The notes under the pieces were generated by a model, which saw nothing but the letters and a program-made list of their open reading frames with translations, made no database searches and was not told the origin of the DNA. DNA of 64,000 bases from Sphingobacteriales bacterium (GTDB lineage Bacteria > Bacteroidota > Bacteroidia > Chitinophagales > Chitinophagaceae), in contig JBBIOQ010000004.1 of assembly GCA_037443285.1 (NCBI GenBank), positions 23,681 through 87,680 of the forward strand. The letters run 5' to 3'. Below, piece after piece: positions 1 to 9,290 of the stretch. A program made the translations under genes and the position numbers. Position 1 is the first letter of the stretch, and every line of letters starts with the position of its first letter.

Positions 1-233
1 AAACCATCGGCACTCACAATTTCGCCGGTGCATCCGCGACCAAAAATCACGATGGCATCTTTAATGGAACCTTTGTTAATACTGTACAGTTGTTCCGCAG
101 TCAGTTTCAGGCCTTTGGCCTTCATTTCGGCATACTTCTGTTGGCCTAAAAGGTATGGAAGCCACATGCCTTCATCGGCAAAAGCCAGCACACTTACAAC
201 CAGCAGCGCAATCGATAGGAATAGTTTTTTCAT
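1..233 (-). CDS. S46 family dipeptidyl-peptidase (DPP7/DPP11-like), N-terminal fragment running off the window edge
   Basis: Minus-strand ORF absent from the ORF track because it is truncated by the window. ATG (reverse complement) at 231-233 gives MKKLFLSIALLVVSVLAFADEGMWLPYLLGQQKYAEMKAKGLKL...GRGCTGEIVSADG. It has a signal peptide, then the ADEGMWL start and the GCTGE(I/V)VS block typical of S46 peptidases. Confidence 0.8.
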   Translation of the reverse strand, partial: MKKLFLSIALLVVSVLAFADEGMWLPYLLGQQKYAEMKAKGLKLTAEQLYSINKGSIKDAIVIFGRGCTGEIVSADG

Positions 234-539
234 ATGTAAAAAGCTTTGAAAGGTTGGCAAACCTAGGGCAATAGGCCCACGTTATTTGCAAACGCAATTT
301 TAAACCCATACCACAACAAAAAAGATGATTTGGAGCAGCAACTGCAGGCAATTCCTGGCAACGGTTTCCAGCCCTACGCTGCTACTCCGCCTGCCACCCA
401 ACGGCCCTGCCCCTGCGCACATGGCAAAGGCGGGGGTATCCGCTGCGGTCAGGGCTAGGCCAAGCCACTTGCATTGCCCGGCTTTCCCTTTGTTGCATGC
501 CGGCTTCGTCATCTCAATTCACCGTGATGCAGCTATTTA

Positions 540-1490
540 ATGCCTACCTTTCTGCATTCAACCTCAACTAAAAAATCAAGCTATATGACATTCGTTTTTT
601 TGGGAATACTGGTCATTATCATCGTATCCATAATTGCACGCAGCGTGCCGCAGGCACATCGTTTTGCACCGGCTGGCAGGGGCGTGGGTATTGCCCTGGT
701 GGTGCTGGGCATTCTTGTATCGTCTATAGTACAAATTGGTCCTGGTGAAATAGGTGTGAAAGTGCTTTTCGGAAAAGTGCAGAATTCGGTTTTGGCAAGC
801 GGGCTGCACTTCGTGAATCCTCTGCTCGAAATCCAACATCTCGACGTTCGTACCCAAAACTACACCATGAGCAGTGTGCACGATGAAGGCGACAGGGCCG
901 GCGATGATGCCATTCGTGTACTCACCAGTGATGGTCTTGAAGTAGTGATAGACCTAACGGTTTTATACCGCGTGGTGGGCAGCGAAGCACCGCGTTTGCT
1001 GCAGGAAACAGGTTTTGACTTCCGTGATAAAATCGTACGCCCGTTATGCCGCACCAAAATTCGCGATAATGCAGTTTATTATCAGGCTATTGAATTGTAC
1101 AGCCTCAAACGCGATGAGTTTCAGGATCGCATTTACAAAAGCATTGAAGGCGATTTCAAAAAACGTGGCTTGCTGCTGGAGCAACTGCTGGTGCGCAACA
1201 TCACCTTGCCGGCCAGTGTACGCTTGACTATTGAACAAAAAATCAATGCAGAACAGGAAGCACAGAAAATGCAGTTTGTATTGCAGAAGGAACGCCAGGA
1301 AGCTGAACGCAAACGCGTGGAAGCGCAGGGCATTTCAGACTATCAGCACATCATTAGCGAAAGCCTTACAGATAAACAATTGCAATACGAAAGCATCAAA
1401 GCCATGAAGGAACTTGCCCAAAGCCAAAACAGCAAGATGATCATCATGGGCCGTGGAAATACGCCCATCATACTCGATGGCAAGCAGTAG
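540..1490 (+). CDS. SPFH/band-7 (prohibitin/HflC-like) membrane protein
   Basis: 316-aa ORF with an N-terminal TM helix, then GEIGVKVLFGKVQ...GLHFVNPLLEIQHLDVRTQ and a Glu/Gln-rich coiled-coil tail, which is the SPFH layout. The true start may be Met16 (585). Confidence 0.85.
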   Translation: MPTFLHSTSTKKSSYMTFVFLGILVIIIVSIIARSVPQAHRFAPAGRGVGIALVVLGILVSSIVQIGPGEIGVKVLFGKVQNSVLASGLHFVNPLLEIQHLDVRTQNYTMSSVHDEGDRAGDDAIRVLTSDGLEVVIDLTVLYRVVGSEAPRLLQETGFDFRDKIVRPLCRTKIRDNAVYYQAIELYSLKRDEFQDRIYKSIEGDFKKRGLLLEQLLVRNITLPASVRLTIEQKINAEQEAQKMQFVLQKERQEAERKRVEAQGISDYQHIISESLTDKQLQYESIKAMKELAQSQNSKMIIMGRGNTPIILDGKQ

Positions 1491-1504
1491 CAGCAGCCTG
1501 CTAC
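1487..1504. terminator. Short hairpin spanning both stop codons of the convergent SPFH and cysS genes
   Basis: GTAGCAG-cagc-CTGCTAC, a 7-bp stem. It contains the TAG of the + gene (1488-1490) and the stop of cysS (1501-1503). There is no U-tract, so terminator function is uncertain. Confidence 0.3.
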
Positions 1505-3006
1505 GCCGACCAGCTTACCGTTCCGTCTTTTTCGTCCTTCAACTGTATGCCCAATTCGGCCAGTTGGTTGCGGATGGCATCACTTGTCTGAAAGTCTTTA
1601 CGGGCCCTGGCTTGACGACGCAGGTCAATCAACACTTGCATCACTCCATCCAGCTTGCCGTTGCTGCCCGATGCAGCAGAAAGTGGTTGCAATCCCAGGA
1701 TATCTTCCAGCCAGGTTTTCATGGCTGATTGTAGCAGTGTGATGGTTTGGCTGCTAACAGCATCTGCCTTTACCTGCCCGCCTTTGATGCCGTTGATAAC
1801 GGGCGCCAGTTCGAACATATTGGCCAGCACTTTTGCAGTATTCAGGTCATCATTCATGAAGTCTGTGAACTCAGCAACCAACTGCAGGATGCGGGCTTCG
1901 AGTTCTTTGTCACCGGCCACCGCAGGAAATTTTTCTGCATCAAACTTCAGCAGGTTTTCATACGCTTCCCACAAACGCTTCAACGCTTTTTCCGAAGCCT
2001 GCAAAGCCTCATTGCCAAAATCGAGTGTGCTGCGGTAATGACTTTGCAGTATGAAGAAGCGGATGGCCATGGGATGATAAGCCTGCTCGAGCAATGGATG
2101 GTTGCCGCTGAACATTTCCGTTAGTTTAATAACGTTGTTGTAGCTCTTGCCCATCTTTTTACCGTTGATGGTAATCATATTGTTATGCAGCCAGTATCGG
2201 GCCATCATTTTGCCATGGTGGCAAATGCAGCTTTGCGCAATCTCACTTTCATGATGCGGAAACTGAAGGTCCATGCCTCCGCCATGGATGTCGAATTCGT
2301 CGCCCAGGTATTTACTGCTCATGGCCGAGCATTCAATGTGCCAGCCCGGAAAGCCTTCACCCCATGGGCTTGCCCATCGCATGATGTGTTCTGCGGGTGC
2401 TTTTTTCCAAAGTGCAAAATCCTGAACGTTTCGCTTTTCCTCCTGGCCTTCGAGGTCGCGGGTGGTTTCCATCAATTCATCAATAACCCTGCCGCTAAGT
2501 TTTCCGTAGGGATAACCTGCAGCGTATTTCTTTACATCAAAATACACTGAGCCATTTACCTCGTAAGCGTATCCTTCCTCAATGATTTTCTTGATCATTT
2601 CTATCTGCTCCACAATGTGGCCGGTAGCTGTTGGTTCAATGCTGGGGTCAACATTATTGAACTGCTGCATTGCCCAGTGAAACAGGTTGGTATACTTCGT
2701 AACCAGTTCCATGGGTTCCAGTTTTTCCAGCACAGCCTTCATGCTGATTTTGTCTTCTGCTTCGCGGCCTTCTTCTTCAAAATGACCAGCATCGGTAATG
2801 TTGCGTACATAGCGCACTTTGTAGCCGAGGTAGTTGAGATAGCGATAGACAACATCAAACGTGATATACGGCCTTGCATGGCCCAGGTGGCTCTCGCCGC
2901 TAACGGTGGGTCCGCACACATACATGCCTACATGGCCGGGAGTAATGGGCGAAAAAACTTCTTTCTGACGGGTATAACTGTTGTAAACCTGCAATTGCGT
3001 TGACAT
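1501..3006 (-). CDS. cysS: Cysteine--tRNA ligase
   Basis: 501 aa. Class I HIGH-type motif ([11 protein letters not shown]) near the N-terminus after MYVCGPTV, a KMSKS-type motif (KMGKSYNN), and typical CysRS length. Confidence 0.97.
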   Translation of the reverse strand: MSTQLQVYNSYTRQKEVFSPITPGHVGMYVCGPTVSGESHLGHARPYITFDVVYRYLNYLGYKVRYVRNITDAGHFEEEGREAEDKISMKAVLEKLEPMELVTKYTNLFHWAMQQFNNVDPSIEPTATGHIVEQIEMIKKIIEEGYAYEVNGSVYFDVKKYAAGYPYGKLSGRVIDELMETTRDLEGQEEKRNVQDFALWKKAPAEHIMRWASPWGEGFPGWHIECSAMSSKYLGDEFDIHGGGMDLQFPHHESEIAQSCICHHGKMMARYWLHNNMITINGKKMGKSYNNVIKLTEMFSGNHPLLEQAYHPMAIRFFILQSHYRSTLDFGNEALQASEKALKRLWEAYENLLKFDAEKFPAVAGDKELEARILQLVAEFTDFMNDDLNTAKVLANMFELAPVINGIKGGQVKADAVSSQTITLLQSAMKTWLEDILGLQPLSAASGSNGKLDGVMQVLIDLRRQARARKDFQTSDAIRNQLAELGIQLKDEKDGTVSWSA

Positions 3007-3066
3007 CGGGATAATGCTTTGGAAAGAAATAAAAAGGGATGAATGAAATGATGCCTGCCGGAGGCA

Positions 3067-3090
3067 GAAAAATAGTAGCCGCTCAGCGGC
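3067..3090 (-). terminator. Putative rho-independent terminator downstream of the EEP gene
   Basis: On the minus strand, GCCGC-TGA-GCGGC is followed by TACTATTTTT. It lies about 60 nt after the stop at 3150. Confidence 0.45.
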
Positions 3091-3149
3091 AGCAACAACA
3101 ACATGCTAGGTGAAATACTGCGTCATTCATCTTGCTGCAATGTTACGGA

Positions 3150-4283
3150 TTATTTTGTGAGTTTGAGGTCTGCAATCACCGGCTGGTGGTCGCTGAGCTT
3201 GTTGCTGACCGTGGTGCATTGCTCCACCTCCCATGCGGGGTCTGCCAATATGTAGTCTATGCGCAGTGTGGGCGCCAATGAAATAAATGTGCGGCCAATG
3301 CCGAATCCGCGGTCGAGGAATGCATCGGTGCGATCGCCCTTGATGTGCCAGTATGCATAGCTGTTGGGCACGTCATTCAAATCGCCGCAAAATATTTCAG
3401 GCCCTGTGCAACTGTCGAGATAGGGCCTTATCTGGTCTGCCTGAGAACCGCGGTTGCGGAAGGCCCTTTTCATTTTTTCAAAAATGTTGGCCGATGCCTC
3501 AACAAGGCTGTCCTCGGTATTGCGGATACGTTCAAGGTCTCGGTAATCTGTACCGGAAAACTTGAATGATTGCAGGTGCGAAGTGAATACACGTATCGTA
3601 TCGTTTTTGAAAAGTATATCGGCATACAACAAGCTTTCGGGGCTTGATGTGAACTGGATTCTTTTCTTTCCTACAATCAGGTGTTTCGAAAAAATGGCCA
3701 GGCCGCTGGAATACCCAAAAACAGCCCTTGAATAATCTTTCGACAATACCATGTATTTGTAGCCAAGTTCCTCCATAAAATGCTGGTTGTCGCGGCCAAT
3801 TTCGGGTGCATCATATTGGCCAAACTCCTGCAGGCATACTACATCAGGCTGATATTTTTTGATGAGTGCAAAAATCTTTCTTGCATTGGCTTGTTTTTCT
3901 TCGCGGTTCAGTTGCCCAAGGCCTGCCATTGATTTCACATTCCATGTCATTATCCGCAGTTCGGCATGGCGGTTGTTTTTCCTGCCTACTGCAAATCCAT
4001 CGGCTGTTAGCCCGGCAATAACACTTACCTGTTTCCAGCCAAGCAAAATGGTGGCAATAGGAATGAGCATCAACCTGATTTTGAAAAAGAACCAAAAGAC
4101 AAGGAAAGCCAACAACACAATAAGCAGGTAGGGAAGCAGTAAGCTGAGGAAACTTATCAGCCAGAAAGTTTCAGGGTTGAGCCATGGTTGCAGGCATGCC
4201 AGCAAAAACACCAGGCTCACCACCACATTGCTGATAATGAAAAAGTTTTTGCCGAGTTTTCTGATGCTGAATGCCATAGCCAA
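3150..4283 (-). CDS. Membrane-anchored endonuclease/exonuclease/phosphatase (EEP) family protein
   Basis: 377 aa. About 100 aa of hydrophobic helices at the N-terminus, then EEP-like blocks (MTWNV, VVCLQE, GDLND, SDHQPV). Confidence 0.85.
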   Translation of the reverse strand: MAMAFSIRKLGKNFFIISNVVVSLVFLLACLQPWLNPETFWLISFLSLLLPYLLIVLLAFLVFWFFFKIRLMLIPIATILLGWKQVSVIAGLTADGFAVGRKNNRHAELRIMTWNVKSMAGLGQLNREEKQANARKIFALIKKYQPDVVCLQEFGQYDAPEIGRDNQHFMEELGYKYMVLSKDYSRAVFGYSSGLAIFSKHLIVGKKRIQFTSSPESLLYADILFKNDTIRVFTSHLQSFKFSGTDYRDLERIRNTEDSLVEASANIFEKMKRAFRNRGSQADQIRPYLDSCTGPEIFCGDLNDVPNSYAYWHIKGDRTDAFLDRGFGIGRTFISLAPTLRIDYILADPAWEVEQCTTVSNKLSDHQPVIADLKLTK

Positions 4284-4338
4284 TTGCTGTGAAATTAATG
4301 GGAATGACTGTTTTTTTGTGCAGAAGGGTTGCCCACAT

Positions 4339-5478
4339 TCAACGAAGCTGCAAATCGGAAATTACCGGGTAATGGTCAGAAAACCGCACAGGAAAGGTGC
4401 AGGACTGCAATATTTCAAATTCGGGTGCTGTGAATAAATAGTCGATGCGGAGGCTGGGCAACCTTGAATGGAATGATTTTCCAAAGCCCCAACCACATGC
4501 AAGAAATGCATCTTTTCGGTTGCCTTTTACAAGCTGGTAAACATAGGAGGATGGCACAGAATTCAGGTCGGCACCCAGTAACACCGGTACACTGCAGGTG
4601 TCGAGAAAACGGCGTAATACAGTTGCTTCGCGAACATGGTAAGGTTGGTAATAGGTCATTTTGGTAAACCTGCTGCCGGAGCGGATGATGGCGCTGTCCT
4701 CCCACTGAAAATAGTCCAGTGCAGGTGGTTCATTTTTTTGGGTGCGCAGGTTCATGCTTTGCAAATGGGTGGAAACAAATCGTATGCTTTTGCCATGGAA
4801 AACAATATCTGCCCAATTAATAAATTCAGGAAATTTTCTTCCGGGGTAAGGCAGGTATCCTGTTTGCACCATTGGCATTTTTGAAAACACAGCCACCCCC
4901 GCTTTCAGGTAACCCCATGGTTTTTGTATTTCATAATGCGGCTTGAAGCTCATGTATCGGTAGCCCAATGAATCCTGCAGCAAGGCAATGTTGGAATGAA
5001 TGACATCGCTTCTGTAATCTGAAAAATCTTGTATCAAAATCACATCGGGCTGATGCAGCCTGATGAAAGCTACAGCCTGGCTACGCAAGGGCAAATCTTG
5101 TGTTTGATTGGGGTCGGCACCAATAAGGTCCATGCAATTCCATTGCATCACACGCAGTGTGTTAGCCTGCTTGTTTTCAACCCAGTTTTTGGCTGGATGC
5201 ATGCCCCAGCAGTTTTTCATTATCGGAATGCCGGCCAATAATAAAAGCAGCATTACCATTCCTAAAGGTTTCTTCAACCAGAAGACAACCATGGTAGCCG
5301 GCAAAAAACAGAACCATGAAACTGGGAAACCAATAGACAAATAACCCATGGGCCACCATTGCCCCGGATGCACGAAATAAACCAATAAGGAAGGAAGGTA
5401 AACGGCCAAGGACGGCAATGCCAGCAACCAGGTGAACCTTGTTTTCAGACGCAAACCAACAGCCTGCTTACTACTCAA
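4339..5478 (-). CDS. Membrane-anchored EEP family protein (paralog of 3150-4283)
   Basis: 379 aa with the same architecture: N-terminal TM block, then MQWNC, VILIQD, GADLNS, SDHYPV. It is a tandem paralog of the downstream gene. Confidence 0.85.
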   Translation of the reverse strand: MSSKQAVGLRLKTRFTWLLALPSLAVYLPSLLVYFVHPGQWWPMGYLSIGFPVSWFCFLPATMVVFWLKKPLGMVMLLLLLAGIPIMKNCWGMHPAKNWVENKQANTLRVMQWNCMDLIGADPNQTQDLPLRSQAVAFIRLHQPDVILIQDFSDYRSDVIHSNIALLQDSLGYRYMSFKPHYEIQKPWGYLKAGVAVFSKMPMVQTGYLPYPGRKFPEFINWADIVFHGKSIRFVSTHLQSMNLRTQKNEPPALDYFQWEDSAIIRSGSRFTKMTYYQPYHVREATVLRRFLDTCSVPVLLGADLNSVPSSYVYQLVKGNRKDAFLACGWGFGKSFHSRLPSLRIDYLFTAPEFEILQSCTFPVRFSDHYPVISDLQLR

Positions 5479-5501
5479 GCGTAATTGTTTTGTGGAACTA
5501 A

Positions 5502-6425
5502 CTACAATTCTTCTTTGCTTGCCCGGCGAAGAAATTCTTTTTCCTCATCTGACAAATGATTGTAACCCTTTGCGTTGATTTTATCAAGCAGTTCATCAAC
5601 GCGTTGCTGTGTTACGTTGGGCGTTCGTACAAAGGGCTCTTTGGTAGCTTTGTAATGACGCTGTTCTTTTGTTTGTGGCTTTGCAGGCTTGTTGCGTGCC
5701 GGGTCGAACAAACCAAAGAACCAGTTGTACAATTGATGCATCCATTCGCCCCAATCAGCTCCGCGTTGATAGGCACGCATGTACAACAAACCAGTGAGGC
5801 CACCCGAAAGGTGAGCAATAGCAATGCCCGCACCGCTGCTGGCAATCAGCGCATAGTCGAGCAATACAAAAATCAATGTAAGCACCCACAATGGGATGCC
5901 ACCATGCAGCATGGGAAATAATCGGTAACCAGGTGCCAGTGTTGTGGTGGCCACTGCAATGGCCATTACTGCTGCACCTCCACCCTGCAAGGCCGCAACA
6001 TTGTTGATGTTGAGCGCAAGCGCAGGAAAAAGGTTAACCGAAATCACAAACATGATGGCGCCAAAAAAGCCACCATACAAATAGGCGGGCGCCATGGTGC
6101 GGTTGCCTGTGAGGTCCTGCAAAATATATCCGAAGGCCCAGAGCCACAGCATGTTGCTTATCATTTGCCAAACACCTTCATGCGTAAACATGGACGTGAG
6201 CAATGTCCATGGCCGCGTAAGCAGCACATCTACTTTGGCAGGCACGGTAAACCAAGCAAGCACATTGTGGTAGTATGCGGCAATGTCCATGCCGCTGAGG
6301 TAATAACCAATTTTGATGAAATTGATGAGTACGAAGACGAGGGCGTTCAATGCAATTAAGGCAACAAGGGTATTGCCTTCCTGCCCAAGCAGCATTCTTT
6401 TCCTGTTTTGTTGCATTAATGCCAT
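5502..6425 (-). CDS. Rhomboid-family membrane protein lacking the catalytic Ser (putative pseudoprotease)
   Basis: 307 aa. It has rhomboid blocks FTHEGVWQMISNMLWLWAFG and AHLSGGLTG, but GGGAA stands where the neighbouring paralog has GASGA. The C-terminus is a soluble charged tail. Confidence 0.8.
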   Translation of the reverse strand: MALMQQNRKRMLLGQEGNTLVALIALNALVFVLINFIKIGYYLSGMDIAAYYHNVLAWFTVPAKVDVLLTRPWTLLTSMFTHEGVWQMISNMLWLWAFGYILQDLTGNRTMAPAYLYGGFFGAIMFVISVNLFPALALNINNVAALQGGGAAVMAIAVATTTLAPGYRLFPMLHGGIPLWVLTLIFVLLDYALIASSGAGIAIAHLSGGLTGLLYMRAYQRGADWGEWMHQLYNWFFGLFDPARNKPAKPQTKEQRHYKATKEPFVRTPNVTQQRVDELLDKINAKGYNHLSDEEKEFLRRASKEEL

Positions 6426-6555
6426 AAAGTGTACGGTGTGGTTATTGCTGTTTTCCGGAATTGGTTATTGTCAAGTAGGAAAGACAAATGTTCAACATAA
6501 AATGCTGGTTGGCTTCTACTGTTTTAAAGATATTATTTCTCATTAACCCGTGTCG

Positions 6556-7458
6556 TTAATAAAATGTTCGCTTGTTGGTTTTGTTCCAGAAATAAACCAA
6601 CAGAAAACCTACCAAAGCGCCACCCAGGTGTGCCCAGCGGGCTATGTTATCACCGGCGCTGTTGCGCACCGCCATGCTCAGTTCAAAAGCGATATAAATG
6701 AGCACGAACCATTTTGCTTTTATTGGCACAAAGAAATAGAGATAGATATACGTGTTGGGAAACAGGTAACCAAATGCCACGAGGCAGCCAAACACTGCAC
6801 CGCTTGCGCCCAGCGTAGCTTCGCTCAGAGCTGTGTTCACATGGTCTGTTACTGCCAACACTGCCTGGTCGGCAAACTGCAGGTTGGTGGGGTCGGCTTC
6901 CCAGGCACGGCCAATGCGGTAAGCCGTAGCACCATCATATCCACTATTTAGATTGTAGGTGTTGTAGAAATTGAAATACTGGTCGAGCGTTGGGTGGTTT
7001 TTAAATGCAGCGAAATCAGCCAGCATCTGGTGGTTTTCGTACCAGAGAAAACCGAGGTGGAGCATGGCGGCGCCAAGTCCGCAAATGAGGTAAAAAACGA
7101 GGAAGCGTTGCGGGCCCCATAGGTTTTCGAGGATACTGCCAAACATCCACAATGCAAACATGTTGCTGAATATGTGCATGAGGCTGCCATGCATGAATAA
7201 ATGGGTGACCAACTGCCAGGGCCTGAACAAAGGGGAAAACAGGTGGTGCAGTGCAAATGTGTCACTCATCCAACCCACTTTCACCTGCAAATCGCCACCG
7301 GGAATGATGCCGTCGAAAGTAATCTGGGCCAGGAATACAAGGCCATTGATGATGAGGAGATTCTTAATAACGACCGGCAAAATCTGGAAACTGCCGGGCC
7401 TGAATTGCGTCATATGCCTATCTGTGTCATTTGGATTGAAGTAGCGAAGTACGCTCAA
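6556..7458 (-). CDS. Rhomboid family intramembrane serine protease
   Basis: 300 aa with the canonical motifs HGSLMHIFSNMFALWMFG (HxxxxHxxxN), GASGAVFG (GxSG) and AHLGGALVG. An alternative start is Met16 (7413). Confidence 0.87.
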   Translation of the reverse strand: MSVLRYFNPNDTDRHMTQFRPGSFQILPVVIKNLLIINGLVFLAQITFDGIIPGGDLQVKVGWMSDTFALHHLFSPLFRPWQLVTHLFMHGSLMHIFSNMFALWMFGSILENLWGPQRFLVFYLICGLGAAMLHLGFLWYENHQMLADFAAFKNHPTLDQYFNFYNTYNLNSGYDGATAYRIGRAWEADPTNLQFADQAVLAVTDHVNTALSEATLGASGAVFGCLVAFGYLFPNTYIYLYFFVPIKAKWFVLIYIAFELSMAVRNSAGDNIARWAHLGGALVGFLLVYFWNKTNKRTFY

Positions 7459-7608
7459 ATTTTACATCAGCGTTGCATAGCAATGTTAAGCATGTGTTTT
7501 AAGGTGAATGGGCAGGGGTTGATGATATGGGGGGAGAGGTATGTAGTAAAAGCCATGATTTTTAGCTTTCTGCCCCAAACCTCAAACCATTCGCCTACCA
7601 GGCTATCC

Positions 7609-8265
7609 TCACCATTCAGCCAGCACAGTTACACCGCCCTTTACTTTTTCGCCCATGGCAACTTTCACTTTGGCAGTAACAGGCAACAACACATCCACCC
7701 GGCTACCAAATTTGATGAAACCCATTTCCTCGCCCTGCTTCACCACCATGCCTTCGCCCAGGTAGTTTACAATGCGGCGTGCTACGGCGCCGGCTATTTG
7801 CTTCACCAGTATTTCATTGTGACCTACCTGGTACACCATGGAGTGCCTTTCATTTTCAGTAGATGATTTCGGATGCCATGCTGCCAGGTATTTGCCTGCA
7901 TGGTACTTGCTGTAGGTAACCTCGCCGCTCACCGCATTGCGGTTTACATGCACATTCAGCGGGCTCATAAAAATGCTTACCTGCAGGCGTTTGCCCTTGA
8001 AATATTCTTCATCAACCGTTTCTTCAATCACTACTACTTTGCCATCAGCAGGGCAAATTATCTGGCTATCGTTGATGGTGAGGGTTCTCGACGGAAGCCG
8101 GAAAAACGAGATGATGAAAATCCATAACCCGAAAGTGAAAATGAAAATGAGGATGGACATCACCGGGTATTGTGGGCTGAGAAACCATACTGACAAGCCA
8201 TTGAGCGCCCCGAGCAACAAAGTGGCCAGGCCAATGCTTGCAAAACCTTCTTTATGAATTGTCAT
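7609..8265 (-). CDS. psd: Phosphatidylserine decarboxylase proenzyme (short form)
   Basis: 218 aa with two N-terminal TM helices and an FGSRVDV self-cleavage (G-S) region near the C-terminus. It sits next to cdsA. Confidence 0.9.
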   Translation of the reverse strand: MTIHKEGFASIGLATLLLGALNGLSVWFLSPQYPVMSILIFIFTFGLWIFIISFFRLPSRTLTINDSQIICPADGKVVVIEETVDEEYFKGKRLQVSIFMSPLNVHVNRNAVSGEVTYSKYHAGKYLAAWHPKSSTENERHSMVYQVGHNEILVKQIAGAVARRIVNYLGEGMVVKQGEEMGFIKFGSRVDVLLPVTAKVKVAMGEKVKGGVTVLAEW

Positions 8266-8343
8266 GATTTGGAAACTGAAAAATTTGAGAAAAATTCGTT
8301 CGGCAATGGTGTGAGCGGCAAAAGTAATAGTTACATGCCGAAC

Positions 8344-9207
8344 CTATTGAGTCATCAGCAAGAGTACCAGCCAAACAAATGGTGTGGCCAGCAGCATGCT
8401 GTCGAACCGGTCGAGAAAACCACCGTGGCCAGGCATCATGGTGCCGCTGTCTTTTACGCCTGCCCTGCGTTTCAGCCAGCTCTCCACCAGATCTCCTGCA
8501 GTGCCGGCTACTGCTGCCGTTAGCGAAACTGCTATGCCCATAGCAAGGCTTGTGTTCACCAGGTAGTGGGCGGAAAATGAAACCACAACCACAGCAAGTA
8601 GTACGCCTCCAATAGTCCCCTCCCAGGTTTTCTTGGGTGATATTTTTGAGAAGGGCGTTCTGCCAATCATGGAACCTACGATGTAAGCCATGGTATCATT
8701 CACCCAGAGCGATACGATAAGAAGTATCGGGAATAGCCTGCTGTTGTCGGCCATTGCAGTGTGCGAATCCTGCTGCCGAAGCAGCAGCATAAGTCCAAGG
8801 CTTAATGATATGTAAAGCAGTCCCACGGCTGCCGCTCCAAAACTTTTGAGGTGAACTGGCTTTGGATTGCTAATAATGCCGTAGGCCAATAACAGAAAGC
8901 CTGCTGCTCCAAATGGAATGAGCAGGTTGTCGCGAAGGCCATAGCCGGCAATAGCATATTGTTCGCCGCAAAACGAAAGCACTAACGAAAAACCAACCAG
9001 CATCATACCCAGTTTTTCAAAACTGCTGAAACGGTAATGATGTATTTGTTCGGTGAGCCGCAGGTATTCAAACCAGCAACCAAAATGTATGATTGCAAAT
9101 AACAACAGGAAACTCCAGTGGTTCCACAAAAGGCCCACCAGCATTACAATAGCGAAAACAACTGCGCTGATGGTACGCGTAATAAAAACTTGTTTGTTCA
9201 GTGGCAT
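8344..9207 (-). CDS. cdsA: Phosphatidate cytidylyltransferase
   Basis: 287-aa polytopic protein. The C-terminal signature is SWLKRRAGVKDSGTMMPGHGGFLDRFDS (CDS family SxxKRxxxxKDxxxxxPGHGGxxDRxD). Confidence 0.92.
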   Translation of the reverse strand: MPLNKQVFITRTISAVVFAIVMLVGLLWNHWSFLLLFAIIHFGCWFEYLRLTEQIHHYRFSSFEKLGMMLVGFSLVLSFCGEQYAIAGYGLRDNLLIPFGAAGFLLLAYGIISNPKPVHLKSFGAAAVGLLYISLSLGLMLLLRQQDSHTAMADNSRLFPILLIVSLWVNDTMAYIVGSMIGRTPFSKISPKKTWEGTIGGVLLAVVVVSFSAHYLVNTSLAMGIAVSLTAAVAGTAGDLVESWLKRRAGVKDSGTMMPGHGGFLDRFDSMLLATPFVWLVLLLMTQ

Positions 9208-9290
9208 TTCGCCAAAGTTCCTTCAAATAGGCCAATTAACAATTATTGTTGCAGGTACTTTACCCTGCGATACAGGTTAAAAAAAACAGT

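Noticed and set aside
28-249. A 73-aa + strand ORF at the start of the window.
   Set aside because: The opposite strand encodes a textbook S46 peptidase N-terminus (signal peptide plus ADEGMWL...GCTGEIVS) running off the window. The + strand ORF is low-complexity and is best explained as a shadow frame.
233-540. The GC-rich spacer as RNase P RNA, SRP RNA, tmRNA or a tRNA. A GGGAAAGCCGGGC string on the minus strand superficially resembles the RNase P GGAAAGUCCGGGC block.
   Set aside because: The region is too short for RNase P, and the match is inexact. The other universal RNase P, SRP (GGAA tetraloop/AGCAGCC) and tmRNA (tag ORF, CCA end) elements are not visible, and there is no tRNA T-arm (GGTTCGAAT-like). 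It is kept only as an unclassified structured region.
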